DNA of 64,000 bases from Candidatus Bathyarchaeota archaeon (GTDB lineage Archaea; Thermoproteota; Bathyarchaeia; Bathyarchaeales; Bathycorpusculaceae), in NCBI GenBank assembly GCA_963715865.1, contig OY970280.1, positions 1,312,001 through 1,376,000 of the forward strand, read 5' to 3'. A program made the translations under genes and the position numbers. A model generated the notes under the pieces. That model was given only the letters and a program-made list of their open reading frames with translations, searched no databases and was not told the origin of the DNA. Positions 1-10,666 of the stretch are shown here, piece by piece (position 1 is the stretch's first letter; each line of letters starts with the position of its first letter).

Positions 1-398
1 ATGGATATGTATACAGAAAGGCTGGCTGCGTCACTAGGGCTAATAATCAAAGCTAATGGTTCAGCAACAGCAAAACAAATCAAAGACAAAATTGTTCCGC
101 TGATAATCTCAAAAATTACTCCCGAAACAATCACATCATGAATTTCCGAGTCCTTACCCGCAGCCCTTAAGCTGGCTATCTGCTGGGTCATTGCGGAGTT
201 TATGCCCCAGTCTCTAAAGAAATTGATGATAGATGACGGAATCAGAGCCATTCCGTATAGACCAACATCATTAACTGATAAAAGTGCAGCTAAAACGAGG
301 GTGCCAATAGCCATTATTACAGTTGATCCGACTACGCCGATTAACAGGTGGTAGCTTCCCGTTGCCGAAGTCTTGCCCATCTCTGCAGCTTTATCCAT
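1..398 (-). CDS. Oligosaccharide flippase (Wzx/RfbX, MOP superfamily), N-terminal part; runs off the window
   Basis: Hand translation from ATG at 398: MDKAAEMGKTSATGSYHLLIGVVGSTVIMAIGTLVLAALLSVNDVGLYGMALIPSSIINFFRDWGINSAMTQQIA..., a hydrophobic pattern typical of Wzx N-termini (L..YG...DxG...A). Open to position 1; same strand as the glycan locus. Not in the ORF track. Confidence 0.75.
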   Translation of the reverse strand, partial: MDKAAEMGKTSATGSYHLLIGVVGSTVIMAIGTLVLAALLSVNDVGLYGMALIPSSIINFFRDWGINSAMTQQIASLRAAGKDSEIHDVIVSGVIFEIISGTILSLICFAVAEPLALIISPSDAASLSVYIS

Positions 399-1694
399 AT
401 GGGATCAATACCTGTTCTTTCCACTTTAGAAGAATCTGATTTTTATAGGCTTTGGAAATATTGCCTCCAAATCTCTAAAGCCATTCAGAATAGTTAGACG
501 CCAGCTTGTCTTTAAAAAACAATCCACAAAAAATATTGCAGTTCGTCAAAATGCGCTTGGTTAAATGAGGAAAATTCCTTTGTAATATTTGGAAAGCAGT
601 AGATATTGCAACTAAGTGCGTCTCTGCGTTATTTGATTTTCTTTTTGACGGTTCGCTTCCACGTTTCGACCCATTCGGTATTGCTTTCATCCAATGCCTG
701 TAACTGCTCTGGGTCGTCTGAAGCCCCACAATTGTTTGCAGAATGGGTCTTTTTTGGCAATTCTGTTTTTCCTCTCTCTTCGGTATAGTAACCGCTGGTT
801 TTGCATATAAGTTTTCTGTATTTGAAGGTTTTGCGACAAAATTAATCTCCAAGAACGTCTTTTCTCGAGATTTTTCAATCGTCGATTGAGAAGTTTATAG
901 GGTTGCATCACATAAGTCATTGACAGATTTAGTTTCATCAAAGTCAGATGTCGTTAGAAAAAGAACCTTTTCTTTCCGTTCCACGGAAGTGTAATTTGCA
1001 ATCAAGATTTTTTGGTAAATGCGCTTACCAATATGTACAACTATATTTCGGCCATGGCTAAGAAGCTAGAGTTCATTAGGATAGAAAAAATGTTCTGCCA
1101 AAACTTCAACTTCCACTGAGCATATAGCTCAAAAAAGGAATTTAATCTAAATTCGATATCATGCCGAGATTGTTAAACAATTACCTATCAGTATCCTAAG
1201 CAGTTCTGCAATATTTACGGAATTTTCAGGAGAAAGAGTCATCTTAACTCAGCTTGACAACAAATATTAACAAACTTAAGGGCTCCTATTCAGCTAACTG
1301 GAATGGAGACAAAAAAGAATGGAGAGAAGTCGATGTTTGAATGCGCTTGCTAATGCATGCAATTGTTAACTTTGCAAACTTTGCAAACCTTGTTAATTCG
1401 GCTTCGCATGTTTGTTAATAAAATTTGCAAAATGGGTTCGAGCTTTTTTCACAAATACATAAATATGATTCATTCGATACAAATGCTCTAAAAATTCAGG
1501 AAGAGAGAGAGAAAAATGAAAACGCACAACTTAGAGAACATACTAGATTCTATAAACCTCAGAAAGCTTGCAAAACCCTCAGTTCTATGCATCAATGCAC
1601 TATTCATCTTAAGCATGTTGCCAGCGTTGCATACTTCAGGACACACAATACTAGATGCCGACAACAATGGTTTACTTCAGCGAGGGGATAACTA

Positions 1695-3188
1695 GTGAAA
1701 CAAAAAAATATAACAGCAGTAGCTCTATTGGTTTCTCTGATTCTGCTGTCCTCTACATTCATAATCTTTCCTTTGCAGTCTAATAATGTCTATGCTATGC
1801 ATTATCGTTATCGTTGGCCTTCTCTGACTCCTTCACCATCACCTACTCGGACGCCAACACCTACGCCAACACCAACAGCGACTCCAACCCCCGCACCTAC
1901 CCCAACACCAACACCCATATCAACGCCGACACCTGATCCGTCGCCAACACCTACACCAACACCCACACCAACAGCGACTCCAACCCCCGCACCTACCCCA
2001 ACACCGACACCAACTCCAGAACCAACACCCGCACCAACAGCGACTCCAACTCCCGCACCTACTCCAACACCGACACCAACACCTACACCGAGCCCTTCTC
2101 CCACCAACTCGCCCATGTGGCTACACACATCTGGTACAAAGATATACAACGCAAATAACCAAGAAGTAGTTTGGAATGGCATTGACTCAAGAACTCTCTT
2201 AGGGTACTGGCAATATGCAAGTAACGGTCAATTACCAGTAGATTTTAGTGCAAGTGACGTTTCGGTAGTTCGCAGCCACGGCTTGAATTTCATAAGAGTT
2301 TGGGTCGCATTTAACTCCGCTGTTTACGGCGTACCCTACACCGCTGAAACACCAACAAACCTCGTTTACTACCCTGCGTTTTGGACAACCTTGGATAGCA
2401 TAGTGAATGCAGCAGCGCAACAGGGCATGTGGGTTGACATTGACTTTCACCTTAGCGATGGCTGCTGGGCTAACTTGGGCACGAGCAGCTACTGGCCTGC
2501 CGCCAACGGTTTCCCGCAATGGATGTACGATGGTTCATGGAGCTATTTCAACAAAGTTTACACGAATGACGCTGCTGGACGGTCGGATGCTATTCGCGAC
2601 TTCTGGAACACAGGTGACCCAACAGCCGCCAACGTTCGGACAGCATACCAAACCTTCTGGAGAGACATAGCCACAAGATACGCAAATGCACCTAACGTTG
2701 TATTCAGTCTCTTCAATGAACCTATGGCTAAATGGGGCGGTCCTGAACTGTGGACTACCAACGCGGATTGGGCAACTCAGGCTCAAATGTACAGGGACTT
2801 CATGGAGCAAACGATTGACATAATCAGAAATGTAGACGGCGGCACGCATCTTGTCATAGTCAACGAAGCCTACATGTGGGATTATAGCTGGAACCTACAG
2901 ATAAATCGGCCGAACGTTGTCATAGAAAACCATGGATACGGCATATCCAGCAGTACTCTTCAAAGCTACGCACAGCTTGCATGGCGATACAATCAACCTT
3001 TTGAGCTCGGTGAATTCGGCGGAGTTGAGCAGGGTTTACAGACCGAAGCCTCAGCTATTGCAACGATGCAAGCAGCTAACCAACTTGATGTGGGCTGGGT
3101 ATACCTCTATTATAACCCGCCAGCGGCTCCTTCCGCCCAAACCTGGACAGACCTACAAAACAACCTTTGCCCCAACCTCATATACTAA
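1695..3188 (+). CDS. Secreted GH5-like (cellulase family) glycoside hydrolase with N-terminal Pro/Thr linker
   Basis: Signal peptide ending NNVYA, about 95 aa of PT repeat, then [16 protein letters not shown], acid/base motif FSLFNEP and nucleophile motif PFELGEFG. Confidence 0.85.
   Translation: MKQKNITAVALLVSLILLSSTFIIFPLQSNNVYAMHYRYRWPSLTPSPSPTRTPTPTPTPTATPTPAPTPTPTPISTPTPDPSPTPTPTPTPTATPTPAPTPTPTPTPEPTPAPTATPTPAPTPTPTPTPTPSPSPTNSPMWLHTSGTKIYNANNQEVVWNGIDSRTLLGYWQYASNGQLPVDFSASDVSVVRSHGLNFIRVWVAFNSAVYGVPYTAETPTNLVYYPAFWTTLDSIVNAAAQQGMWVDIDFHLSDGCWANLGTSSYWPAANGFPQWMYDGSWSYFNKVYTNDAAGRSDAIRDFWNTGDPTAANVRTAYQTFWRDIATRYANAPNVVFSLFNEPMAKWGGPELWTTNADWATQAQMYRDFMEQTIDIIRNVDGGTHLVIVNEAYMWDYSWNLQINRPNVVIENHGYGISSSTLQSYAQLAWRYNQPFELGEFGGVEQGLQTEASAIATMQAANQLDVGWVYLYYNPPAAPSAQTWTDLQNNLCPNLIY
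1826..2112 (+). repeat. Pro/Thr low-complexity tandem repeat ([16 protein letters not shown] units)
   Basis: Degenerate (CCNACN)n; the block ccaacagcgactccaacccccgcacctaccccaacacc recurs near 1871, 1968 and (variant) 2034. Confidence 0.95.
2519..2612 (+). repeat. 94-bp near-identical tract shared by the two GH5 genes (second copy 4355-4448)
   Basis: atggatgtacgatggttcatggagcta(t/c)ttcaacaaag...cttctggaacaca, one mismatch by eye. Confidence 0.9.
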
Positions 3189-3190
3189 AT

Positions 3191-3223
3191 TGGCCTGCAC
3201 TCTTTAGCAGGACCATTTTTTTC
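3191..3223 (+). terminator. Putative terminator (short hairpin plus T-tract), also present after the second GH5 (about 5041-5078)
   Basis: tggcctgc-actcttta-gcaggacca followed by a T-run directly after the stop codon; a homologous sequence follows the paralogue. Confidence 0.35.
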
Positions 3224-3794
3224 TGTTTTTGTAAGAAGGTCATTTTCTGTCTCCCTGGTAATCGTTTAAACAAAGCCGAGTTAAAGCGTAGCTAAAAAAG
3301 GCGATGCCAATCCGGTCTTGAGCCGTTCCAATTTTGATTATTCTTGTCTGTCTATTAGTTGCGCCTTTGACAAGGATATTTCAACGAATTTCACGAATTT
3401 TTTCTCTGAAGCGAAATCTTTTCCTTAAGAGAACACAGCGTTTCCCTTTCATCTTCTCTCGAGTGCAATATTCGAATGCCTTCAGTTAACTGCGCAATGA
3501 ATGAAAGAGAAAAAGGCACTAATACGTCAAGGCATACGCAGCGGAGTTATTACGTGCTTAGCCTAACAGCTTAGCCAACTTGCTCTGCAACGTCGATCAT
3601 GTTGGCCGGCGAAAAATGTCCTGTTGTTCTTCGCTGAACAGCTTCAGAAATGTTTATTTTATTCATACGATAAATTATTAGTGATAAGAGCGATGCACAG
3701 ATAGGCTGTTTCTATATCCAGCAAGTTCAAAGCTACAGTCATTAGGCGTCATTTTGGTAAGCCGACAAGCACTGAAAATAGGGAGCAGAAAACA

Positions 3795-5039
3795 ATGATA
3801 TCGCATAACCTTAAGACTGCTGTAATTGCAGTTTTGCTTATTGCTGTTTTTGCCACAGGTATCTTTGCTCCTTTAATCATAAATACGCTTCTAACTCAGT
3901 CAACATCAATCTTGAATATCGGTTCGGGTGCGGACGATTTTTCAGGCAGCACACTCATGTGGCTACATACTAATGGAACAAGAATATATGATGCAAACGA
4001 TCAAGAGGTAGTTTGGAATGGCATTAATAGTAAAAGTTTGTTCGGATATTGGATTTATCCACCATCGGAGGAATTTCTAAGCACAAACGATATTTCCGAT
4101 ATTTCTATAATTCGGAGTTACGGACTAAATTTCATCCGGGTTTGGATAAGCCTAAGCCAAGCCGTTTACGGCGTACCCTACACCGCTGAAACACCAACAA
4201 ACCTCACATACTATCCACAATTTTTTACACTCATCGACGAACTCGTTAACGCAGCAGCGAAACACGGCATGTGGATCGACTTAGATTTTCATCTCAGCGA
4301 TGAAACATGGTCTAACATCGGCGGGTTCTGGGGCGACGGTTCAGGCTTCCCCGCATGGATGTACGATGGTTCATGGAGCTACTTCAACAAAGTTTACACG
4401 AATGACGCTGCTGGACGGTCGGATGCTATTCGCGACTTCTGGAACACAAGCGACCCCACAGCCGCCAACGTACGTACTTGGTACCAAACCTTCTGGAAAG
4501 ACATAGCTACTAGATACGCAAATGCACCTAACGTTGTATTCAGCCTCTTCAATGAACCTATGAATAAATGGGGCGGTCCTGAACTTTGGACTAATGACGC
4601 GGACTGGGCAACTGCTATGCAGGTGTATCAGCAATTCATGCAACAAACCATTGACATAATCAGGAACTTGGACGGCGGTACACATCTTATCATCATCAAC
4701 GAAGCATATGCTTGGGATTTCAGCTGGAACCTGCAGATAAACCGTCCAAACATTGTCATAGAAAACCATGGATACTGGAACGACAACAGCACCAACATTT
4801 ACAATGATGTTCAAAACTACGCGCAGCTTGCGTGGCGGTACAATCAGCCCTTTGAGCTGGGGGAATTCGGGGGTATTGAACAGGGTTTGCAGACTGAAGC
4901 TTCAGCCATCTATACAATGCAGGCAGCTAACCAACTTGATGTCGGCTGGGCATACCTCTATTATTACCCACCGACGATGCCTTCCGCGCAAACTTGGACA
5001 GACTTACAAAACAACCTCCGCTCCAACCTCATATACTAA
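3795..5039 (+). CDS. Second GH5-like glycoside hydrolase (tandem paralogue, no PT linker)
   Basis: N-terminal hydrophobic signal/anchor, FSLFNEP and PFELGEFG motifs, C-terminal half highly similar to 1695..3188. Confidence 0.85.
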   Translation: MISHNLKTAVIAVLLIAVFATGIFAPLIINTLLTQSTSILNIGSGADDFSGSTLMWLHTNGTRIYDANDQEVVWNGINSKSLFGYWIYPPSEEFLSTNDISDISIIRSYGLNFIRVWISLSQAVYGVPYTAETPTNLTYYPQFFTLIDELVNAAAKHGMWIDLDFHLSDETWSNIGGFWGDGSGFPAWMYDGSWSYFNKVYTNDAAGRSDAIRDFWNTSDPTAANVRTWYQTFWKDIATRYANAPNVVFSLFNEPMNKWGGPELWTNDADWATAMQVYQQFMQQTIDIIRNLDGGTHLIIINEAYAWDFSWNLQINRPNIVIENHGYWNDNSTNIYNDVQNYAQLAWRYNQPFELGEFGGIEQGLQTEASAIYTMQAANQLDVGWAYLYYYPPTMPSAQTWTDLQNNLRSNLIY

Positions 5040-5407
5040 AATGGCCTGCATCTTTAGCAGGACACCAATTCTTTTTTGTTTTGTAACCTTTCGACACAAC
5101 AAAATTCTGTTTAAAACATTTTTCATTATTCACTCAAACAATTTAAGTTGCGATTCGACCTCCTTCTGTTATCAAACTAATCCAAGGAGACCCGTTAAGA
5201 AGATGTTAACGTTAAGCCATTCAAATCGTATCGTTTTCAAAGTTTTCTTTTTTTAGAACTCCGAAAAAATACTTGCCCTCAATTCTGTTTTTCACATGCA
5301 TATGCATGCTTTTTGTGCCGGTTCTTTGAGAGGTTCACCGATTTTGCATAAAGAGGAAGTGCAACTTAGCATTGAACAATTTTCGAATTATGTGGACTGC
5401 GAATTAA

Positions 5408-6556
5408 TTACAATGCAGCTGTTAGAATAGTGTATAGCTTGTCACCGACTACTTCTGCTGTTCGCTTCGTGTATTCCTCGTAGCCGTTGCTCTGAAGTTT
5501 CTTGTAAAGTCCAGCATCATTGTATAGCTGATTTATATTTTCAACAAGATCACTATCAGTTTTGCTTACTAGTGCGTTTACGTTGCTAGATACATAATTG
5601 TCGTTATGGGTCATTACGATAGGAGTTTTCATACTCCAACAATCACCTATGAAGCCCCATCCACCTGTTCTGACAGGCGTATAAGCGAAAAAACTACTGG
5701 AAATAGCCCGAAGTGCGTCATTTCTTGAAACCTGAGGAATATAGCAGATCCGGTTACTGTATTTTTGTTTGAGCTTCTTTATTATGGCGGCGTGTGTGCC
5801 AGGGCCTATTATAACAAACTGCTTTGTGTTGGTTTTTTCAAGGATGAGAGGTAATGTCCACTTAAACTCTTGAGTGTTCTTAAAGGGGAATAGCGAACCC
5901 ACATAAATGCCTCGGGTTTTTTCCCTAATAGTTGAAGGCTCGAAGTCGCTGGGTACATAAGAAGGCCAAGGCAGATAAAATACAGGTTTTCCATTAGACA
6001 ATGAAGATAGAATTCTTTGATCTCTTGGATGACATGTAATTAAGACACCAGCTTTTTCGCAAAGCCAAAACCAAAATTTCTTGTTCCCTGAGGGCATACC
6101 GAAAAGGTTCATCAAAAACCTCGTTCTTGGACTATTGTTTGACGCTCCTGAAAAGATTCTTCCTGCATCCTCGACGAGTACTGCTATGGGCCTATCGAGA
6201 TATTTTTGGATCATAAGAGCTAATCTGATATTCATTTCTTGAGAACAGAATATCAAGTCAGGTCTTAGAGACTTCGCTATTTGTAAAACTTTCGCTGATT
6301 GCCTATGCGGAAAAAGAAACATTTCGTCGGAATTTCTGTACAGCCTATGTATGGGGACTCCATCCATATTTTCGTAGCGGGGAAGTTTTCCATGCCCTTT
6401 TAGACCCATGGACATGCTTGTTATCACTATAGGTTGTGCACCTTTGTCGTGGAGCCTAACTAGCATAGCTGCGTTGTCATTTGTGCCTTTGTTCATCCCA
6501 GGATACAAACATAGAATTCTCAAACTAACGCCGCCCACATAACAACTTGTATACAA
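5408..6556 (-). CDS. Glycosyltransferase, GT-B fold (GT4-like)
   Basis: LRILCLYP start, ENMDGVPIHRL, IYVGSLFPFKN and KTPIV motifs; glycan-locus context. Confidence 0.75.
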   Translation of the reverse strand: MYTSCYVGGVSLRILCLYPGMNKGTNDNAAMLVRLHDKGAQPIVITSMSMGLKGHGKLPRYENMDGVPIHRLYRNSDEMFLFPHRQSAKVLQIAKSLRPDLIFCSQEMNIRLALMIQKYLDRPIAVLVEDAGRIFSGASNNSPRTRFLMNLFGMPSGNKKFWFWLCEKAGVLITCHPRDQRILSSLSNGKPVFYLPWPSYVPSDFEPSTIREKTRGIYVGSLFPFKNTQEFKWTLPLILEKTNTKQFVIIGPGTHAAIIKKLKQKYSNRICYIPQVSRNDALRAISSSFFAYTPVRTGGWGFIGDCWSMKTPIVMTHNDNYVSSNVNALVSKTDSDLVENINQLYNDAGLYKKLQSNGYEEYTKRTAEVVGDKLYTILTAAL

Positions 6557-6814
6557 TTCATTCTTCAGTAGAGATTTGCCAAAGCGATTGGATTAATACA
6601 ATTTTTTTTAGAATTCGTGATAATCTTGAAAGATTGTGAATTTTGATGACCAGGCGGAACCCCAATAAACAGGCGAGTACGCGAATACGAGACGAATTTG
6701 TGGAATCAAAGCATCCATCAGTTGGCTATTCGAACTCAGAGATTGTTAATCTTTTTCTCTATTCTTCCTATTGATGAGTCTATGTTCTTATCTTGACTCT
6801 CATCGACTTATCGA

Positions 6815-8405
6815 TTATCGATTCTTAACAGCAAAAAATGATGGACCTGAGTTGTAAACGATATCGTAATTTGAATCTTGAGTAATGTTGAATTGCGAGA
6901 TGTTATCGCCTGCAAGGTTTTTTTCCAGACCGACCGAATACAGAATGGCGTCATATGAGTCAATGTTTCCTGGAAAGGTACCGTCCGCCTGAGTAACGAA
7001 AGTAGCATTGCTTCCGCTCCTAGTTGTCAAATAAAAAGCATCGGGCGTACTCGAAAGTATAGTGCTGCTGTTGCCTAAGTCGTAGTATTTAAAAATGAAG
7101 TCGGCAGTCTGATGAGCTTCAACTGTCTGGAATTGGATTCGGCCATCAATTGCAAGGTAAAATGATTGGTGCATAGGCATAAAAAGAAATAAGATAAGGG
7201 AAAATAGAAAAAGAGCTTTTACATAGGATTTAAACCTGCTTTCTAACAGCTTAGAAGCTCCCAACGACAAGGGGAGGAGTATTAGCGGAATTGCACGCTC
7301 GCTTAGGTTCGGAATCAAGAAGCCGATAGCAGTATAGATTACTCCCGTAAGAAATATCGCCTTATCAGTAGATCTAAGGTTTCGTTTAATGAAAAGGATT
7401 AGGAAACCTACGCCACACAACACGCCAGTAAAGATTACATCTAGACGACCCAACTGCTGCGCCATTGCATCTAGTGGAGATGGGGTAATACCCGCGGCGG
7501 TCTGGGTATAGAATTTTCCGAGGGCGTTGGAGCCCGGTTGGATATCTGTTAGCTCTGGAAGGTATCTGAGCTAGGAAAACTGTGTCTCGAGTCATTAGTA
7601 TAGTAAGATAGATCGCTGTAGCCAAAGCGAAGAGGATAGCATATTTTTTTTCTCTCCTGATTACAAGCATAATCAGAAGGTAAATGATAAAGAAAACAGG
7701 TACGTATACATGGGTAAATGTTACAATTGTGAACACTAATAGCTCCATTATCTGCACCTTAGCTCCTCGTTCCGTTGAAGCTTCTAGAGCAAACAAAAGC
7801 AGGAGGAGAGAGAAAGCAAAAGTATAAGGAACCCACTGCAAATTCAAGAAACTAAAAGCAATTACGAAAAAAGGCAATACCGCAAAGTACCCATTCTTCT
7901 TATTGAAGCTTGAAAAATAGACATACAATGAAGTGACAGAGATTATCACTGTTAACGTGAAAAGCAGAAACTCGGCCTGTGTCAAACTCAGGTTGAACAG
8001 CCACGTGACCAGCTTGTTCAATTCAAAATACACTGGCCATTGATAGTAAGAATGATATGGTATTGAAGGCTTTAGATCTCCGGTAGATAGGAAGTATTCT
8101 GACAACCCTCTAAAATAATGGGAATCAGAGCCCGGCATCAGGGCGTAAAAATAAGTGAGCGATATCATACTTAATACAATCCCCAAGACACATGCCCAAG
8201 TCAAAACTTTGCGCCTATTGGAAGTAGCGAAGAAATAAAGAGAAACAATGACTATAGGTAAACCAATCCAATAAAATATCGAAAGATGATTAAAAATATA
8301 ATCTTGTGTCGATGTGACTGACAAAGGAAAACTTACTATCCAAGAATATGCCATCAAAAATAGCCCGCAAACCAAGGAAAAAAGCGGAAAGATATATCGA
8401 CGCAT
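6815..8405 (-). pseudogene. Multi-pass membrane protein (GT-C/Wzy-like), split by a 1-nt frameshift near 7561
   Basis: ORF 7386..8405 is hydrophobic to ...RDTVFLAQI and then loses sense. The frame of ORF 6815..7465 is open upstream of its ATG (LPELTDIQPGSNALGKFYTQTAAGITPSPLDAMAQQ). Deleting one G of GG 7561-7562 joins them into about 530 aa. GGTGA SD precedes 8405. Confidence 0.7.
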
Positions 8406-8427
8406 AATGTTTCACCTAATTTTTTTC

Positions 8428-9651
8428 TCACAATTTTCTTAGATAATTCTCGAGCTTTTCGGAAACTTTCGCCCAAGTATATTCATTTTCTATGAGGAAT
8501 CGTCCTTTAGCTCCCCAATCTTGCAGCCTTTCCTTGTTATCATACGCAAATACAATAGATCTAGCTATGTCATCGGGCCGAGTTGATGGTGAGTAAACTC
8601 CACATTCGCTGTCGCCTACAATTTCTCGATGACAAGGGATATCTGTCAAAATGACAACTTTCTTCATGGCAAGATACTCAAGAAGTTTAAGTGGACACTG
8701 ATTTCTCCACTGCGGTAGATTAGGAAGTGGGATTATTCCAACATCGCACATCGCAACATATTTCGGAACTTGCCTGAAGTTTACTGGTTCATGCACGATT
8801 ATTCTATTCTCGAGTCCGTTATCTCGAATGAGTTCTTTCATATCTTTCAATGTCTGCCTCGAGCCTGTGCCCAAGAGAAACAGGGTTATTGCAGAGTTAC
8901 TATCTTTTAACAGCGATATAGCGTTCATAGTGTCTATCAATCCCCTGCTTTGAGTGAATCCACCATGGTAGCAGATCAAGAATTTGTCGATAAAGCCTAA
9001 TTCTTTTCTGAGTTCTAACGCTTTGCCTGCAAATTTCTCATAATCGAAAAGTTTTGTTGATACCCCACTTGACCATACGCCCACCCATTTTGGGTCGATT
9101 TTAAACTCGTTGCAAATCTCCTTTTTCATCAAGTCTGTTATGATGGTCATTCCATCCAGTTTTTTCTTGGCTATTTCAACGGCAACGTAGAAGGAGAGAT
9201 CTATCAGACGTTGAATTATTGCCACTTTACTCTCTGAATTCAGGACCGGTGTTGGAGTACTCCGTATATCAAGAATGATTTTTGATTTGAGCAAACGGTA
9301 AAGTGGAAGAGTCGGCAAAAGACCGTAAATGCTATCTGGGTCAACGACAACGAAAAGCGGCTTTATCTTTATGAGAAAATAGATATAGTAAAAGAATTGC
9401 ACGAAGGTGAAAATAAAGCGCGAAACGAAAGGCAGATTCTTTCCTACGGGTACGGAGAACACGTGAATTCTTGGATTTTGGAAAATGCTTGTTTTCTGCT
9501 TAGAATGAGCAGAAACAAAGAATACTTCATAACCATGTTCTGCCAGTTGCTGTAAAATTCCAATCTCCGTCGTTTTATGCAGATGGACATCTAGAAGGAT
9601 GTCCCTTGCCCAGACGATTCTCATTTCGCTGTGGTTTTTGTTTCTTCCCAT
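8428..9651 (-). CDS. Glycosyltransferase family 4
   Basis: YHGGFTQSRG, DVGIIP, PLKLLEYLAMKKVVILTD and YTWAKV motifs. Confidence 0.88.
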   Translation of the reverse strand: MGRNKNHSEMRIVWARDILLDVHLHKTTEIGILQQLAEHGYEVFFVSAHSKQKTSIFQNPRIHVFSVPVGKNLPFVSRFIFTFVQFFYYIYFLIKIKPLFVVVDPDSIYGLLPTLPLYRLLKSKIILDIRSTPTPVLNSESKVAIIQRLIDLSFYVAVEIAKKKLDGMTIITDLMKKEICNEFKIDPKWVGVWSSGVSTKLFDYEKFAGKALELRKELGFIDKFLICYHGGFTQSRGLIDTMNAISLLKDSNSAITLFLLGTGSRQTLKDMKELIRDNGLENRIIVHEPVNFRQVPKYVAMCDVGIIPLPNLPQWRNQCPLKLLEYLAMKKVVILTDIPCHREIVGDSECGVYSPSTRPDDIARSIVFAYDNKERLQDWGAKGRFLIENEYTWAKVSEKLENYLRKL

Positions 9652-9984
9652 ATTCGCAAGTCCGAACGATTGGTAATCTCAAGATAATTTGAATTTGATA
9701 TTGCCATCGCAGGCGTTAATTCAGAAGAAACTTTGTTAAGAGAAGTCGCCAAGAACAGTTCCTGTTGCAGGACATTATAAGCAATTTTCCCGATAGTCGA
9801 GACACTATAACAAGAAGACGTATAGCTCGTTACAGTAATCTTGCAAGAATAGTATGGCATAGCGCGAACCGACGGGATAATAGTTTGAACTTTGTTTCGT
9901 TCTCGGGGCTCAATCAATGAATGACAAAAAGCGAGTCCTAATCGAATGAAAGATAAATGAAACGATCTCAAACAGATGGAACAT

Positions 9985-10644
9985 TTAGCAAGTGACTTTT
10001 AAGTACTCCATTATGCCCAAGTGTACGCTGTCAAAAGAAAGTTCCGCGTCAAAAGTTTTGATTTTCAAGTAGCTGCTAATTATCTGATAATTATCTCTTC
10101 TGACACGGAGAAACCTTTCGTCCGGGACATCGTTCCTTCTGGCAAAAGCAGTTTGGGCGTTAACATTCAGGCGAATAATAAAAACAAAGCTCGGTTTCAA
10201 AGCGAGGATAAGTCTACCTATCCTTTTTCTGTAAAGCTCTTTATCGCCCACATCAGCCGTTAATTCAACAAGCGCATCGTGAACGAAGCGGTCGCAAACA
10301 ACCGTTGTGCCCCGCCAAACAGGCACACACACACGAAATAACACTAGGACAAACAGATCAAACAGTTGTATCCAGGGCCACACTGACGCCAAAGCCTTGT
10401 TTTTGTAATATTGATGTTCTTGGCACACAATCCTGTTCGGCAACGTATGGTTCTTGGTGTATCCAAGTTTGTTGCATAGAAACATGAAAGGATAAGAGAG
10501 CAGGTAAGGTTGACCGAACCAAGCGTAGCGGCAATTTTTTCCTTTAACTCGAAGTTCCTCTATAATTTTCGTGGCATGCGCAGTTTTTCCAGTTCCGTCC
10601 CCGCCGACTAAACAGATTGCTTTGGGAAAATTGTTTTCCTGCAT
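9985..10644 (-). CDS. Thymidylate-kinase-like P-loop kinase
   Basis: P-loop GGDGTGKT and the TMPK-type VCDRFVHD motif; located in a glycan locus, so probably not the housekeeping tmk. Confidence 0.7.
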   Translation of the reverse strand: MQENNFPKAICLVGGDGTGKTAHATKIIEELRVKGKNCRYAWFGQPYLLSYPFMFLCNKLGYTKNHTLPNRIVCQEHQYYKNKALASVWPWIQLFDLFVLVLFRVCVPVWRGTTVVCDRFVHDALVELTADVGDKELYRKRIGRLILALKPSFVFIIRLNVNAQTAFARRNDVPDERFLRVRRDNYQIISSYLKIKTFDAELSFDSVHLGIMEYLKVTC

Positions 10645-10666
10645 TGTTTAGCCTTCAACCGTTGTC

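Noticed and set aside
475-941. Overlapping short ORFs (475..852 -, 606..788 +, 687..941 -) upstream of the flippase
   Set aside because: No recognisable motif, mutually overlapping, AT-rich intergenic composition; cannot support any as a gene, though a decayed remnant is not excluded.
1826-2112. Possible CRISPR-like or VNTR array
   Set aside because: Repeats are in-frame codon repeats with no unique spacers; no CRISPR array or cas gene was seen anywhere in the window.
1808-2182. 124-aa Gly/Val-repeat ORF on the minus strand
   Set aside because: Antisense shadow of the Pro/Thr repeat.
5295-5308. Perfect 14-bp palindrome catgcatatgcatg
   Set aside because: Single copy between convergent genes and low complexity; no evidence of function.
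9621-9971. 116-aa minus-strand ORF between the kinase and GT4 genes
   Set aside because: No motif, atypical composition, overlaps the GT4 start; more likely an internal promoter or leader region.
9985-10644. Calling this gene tmk
   Set aside because: Context and atypical P-loop (GGDGTGKT) suggest a glycan-associated paralogue; symbol withheld.
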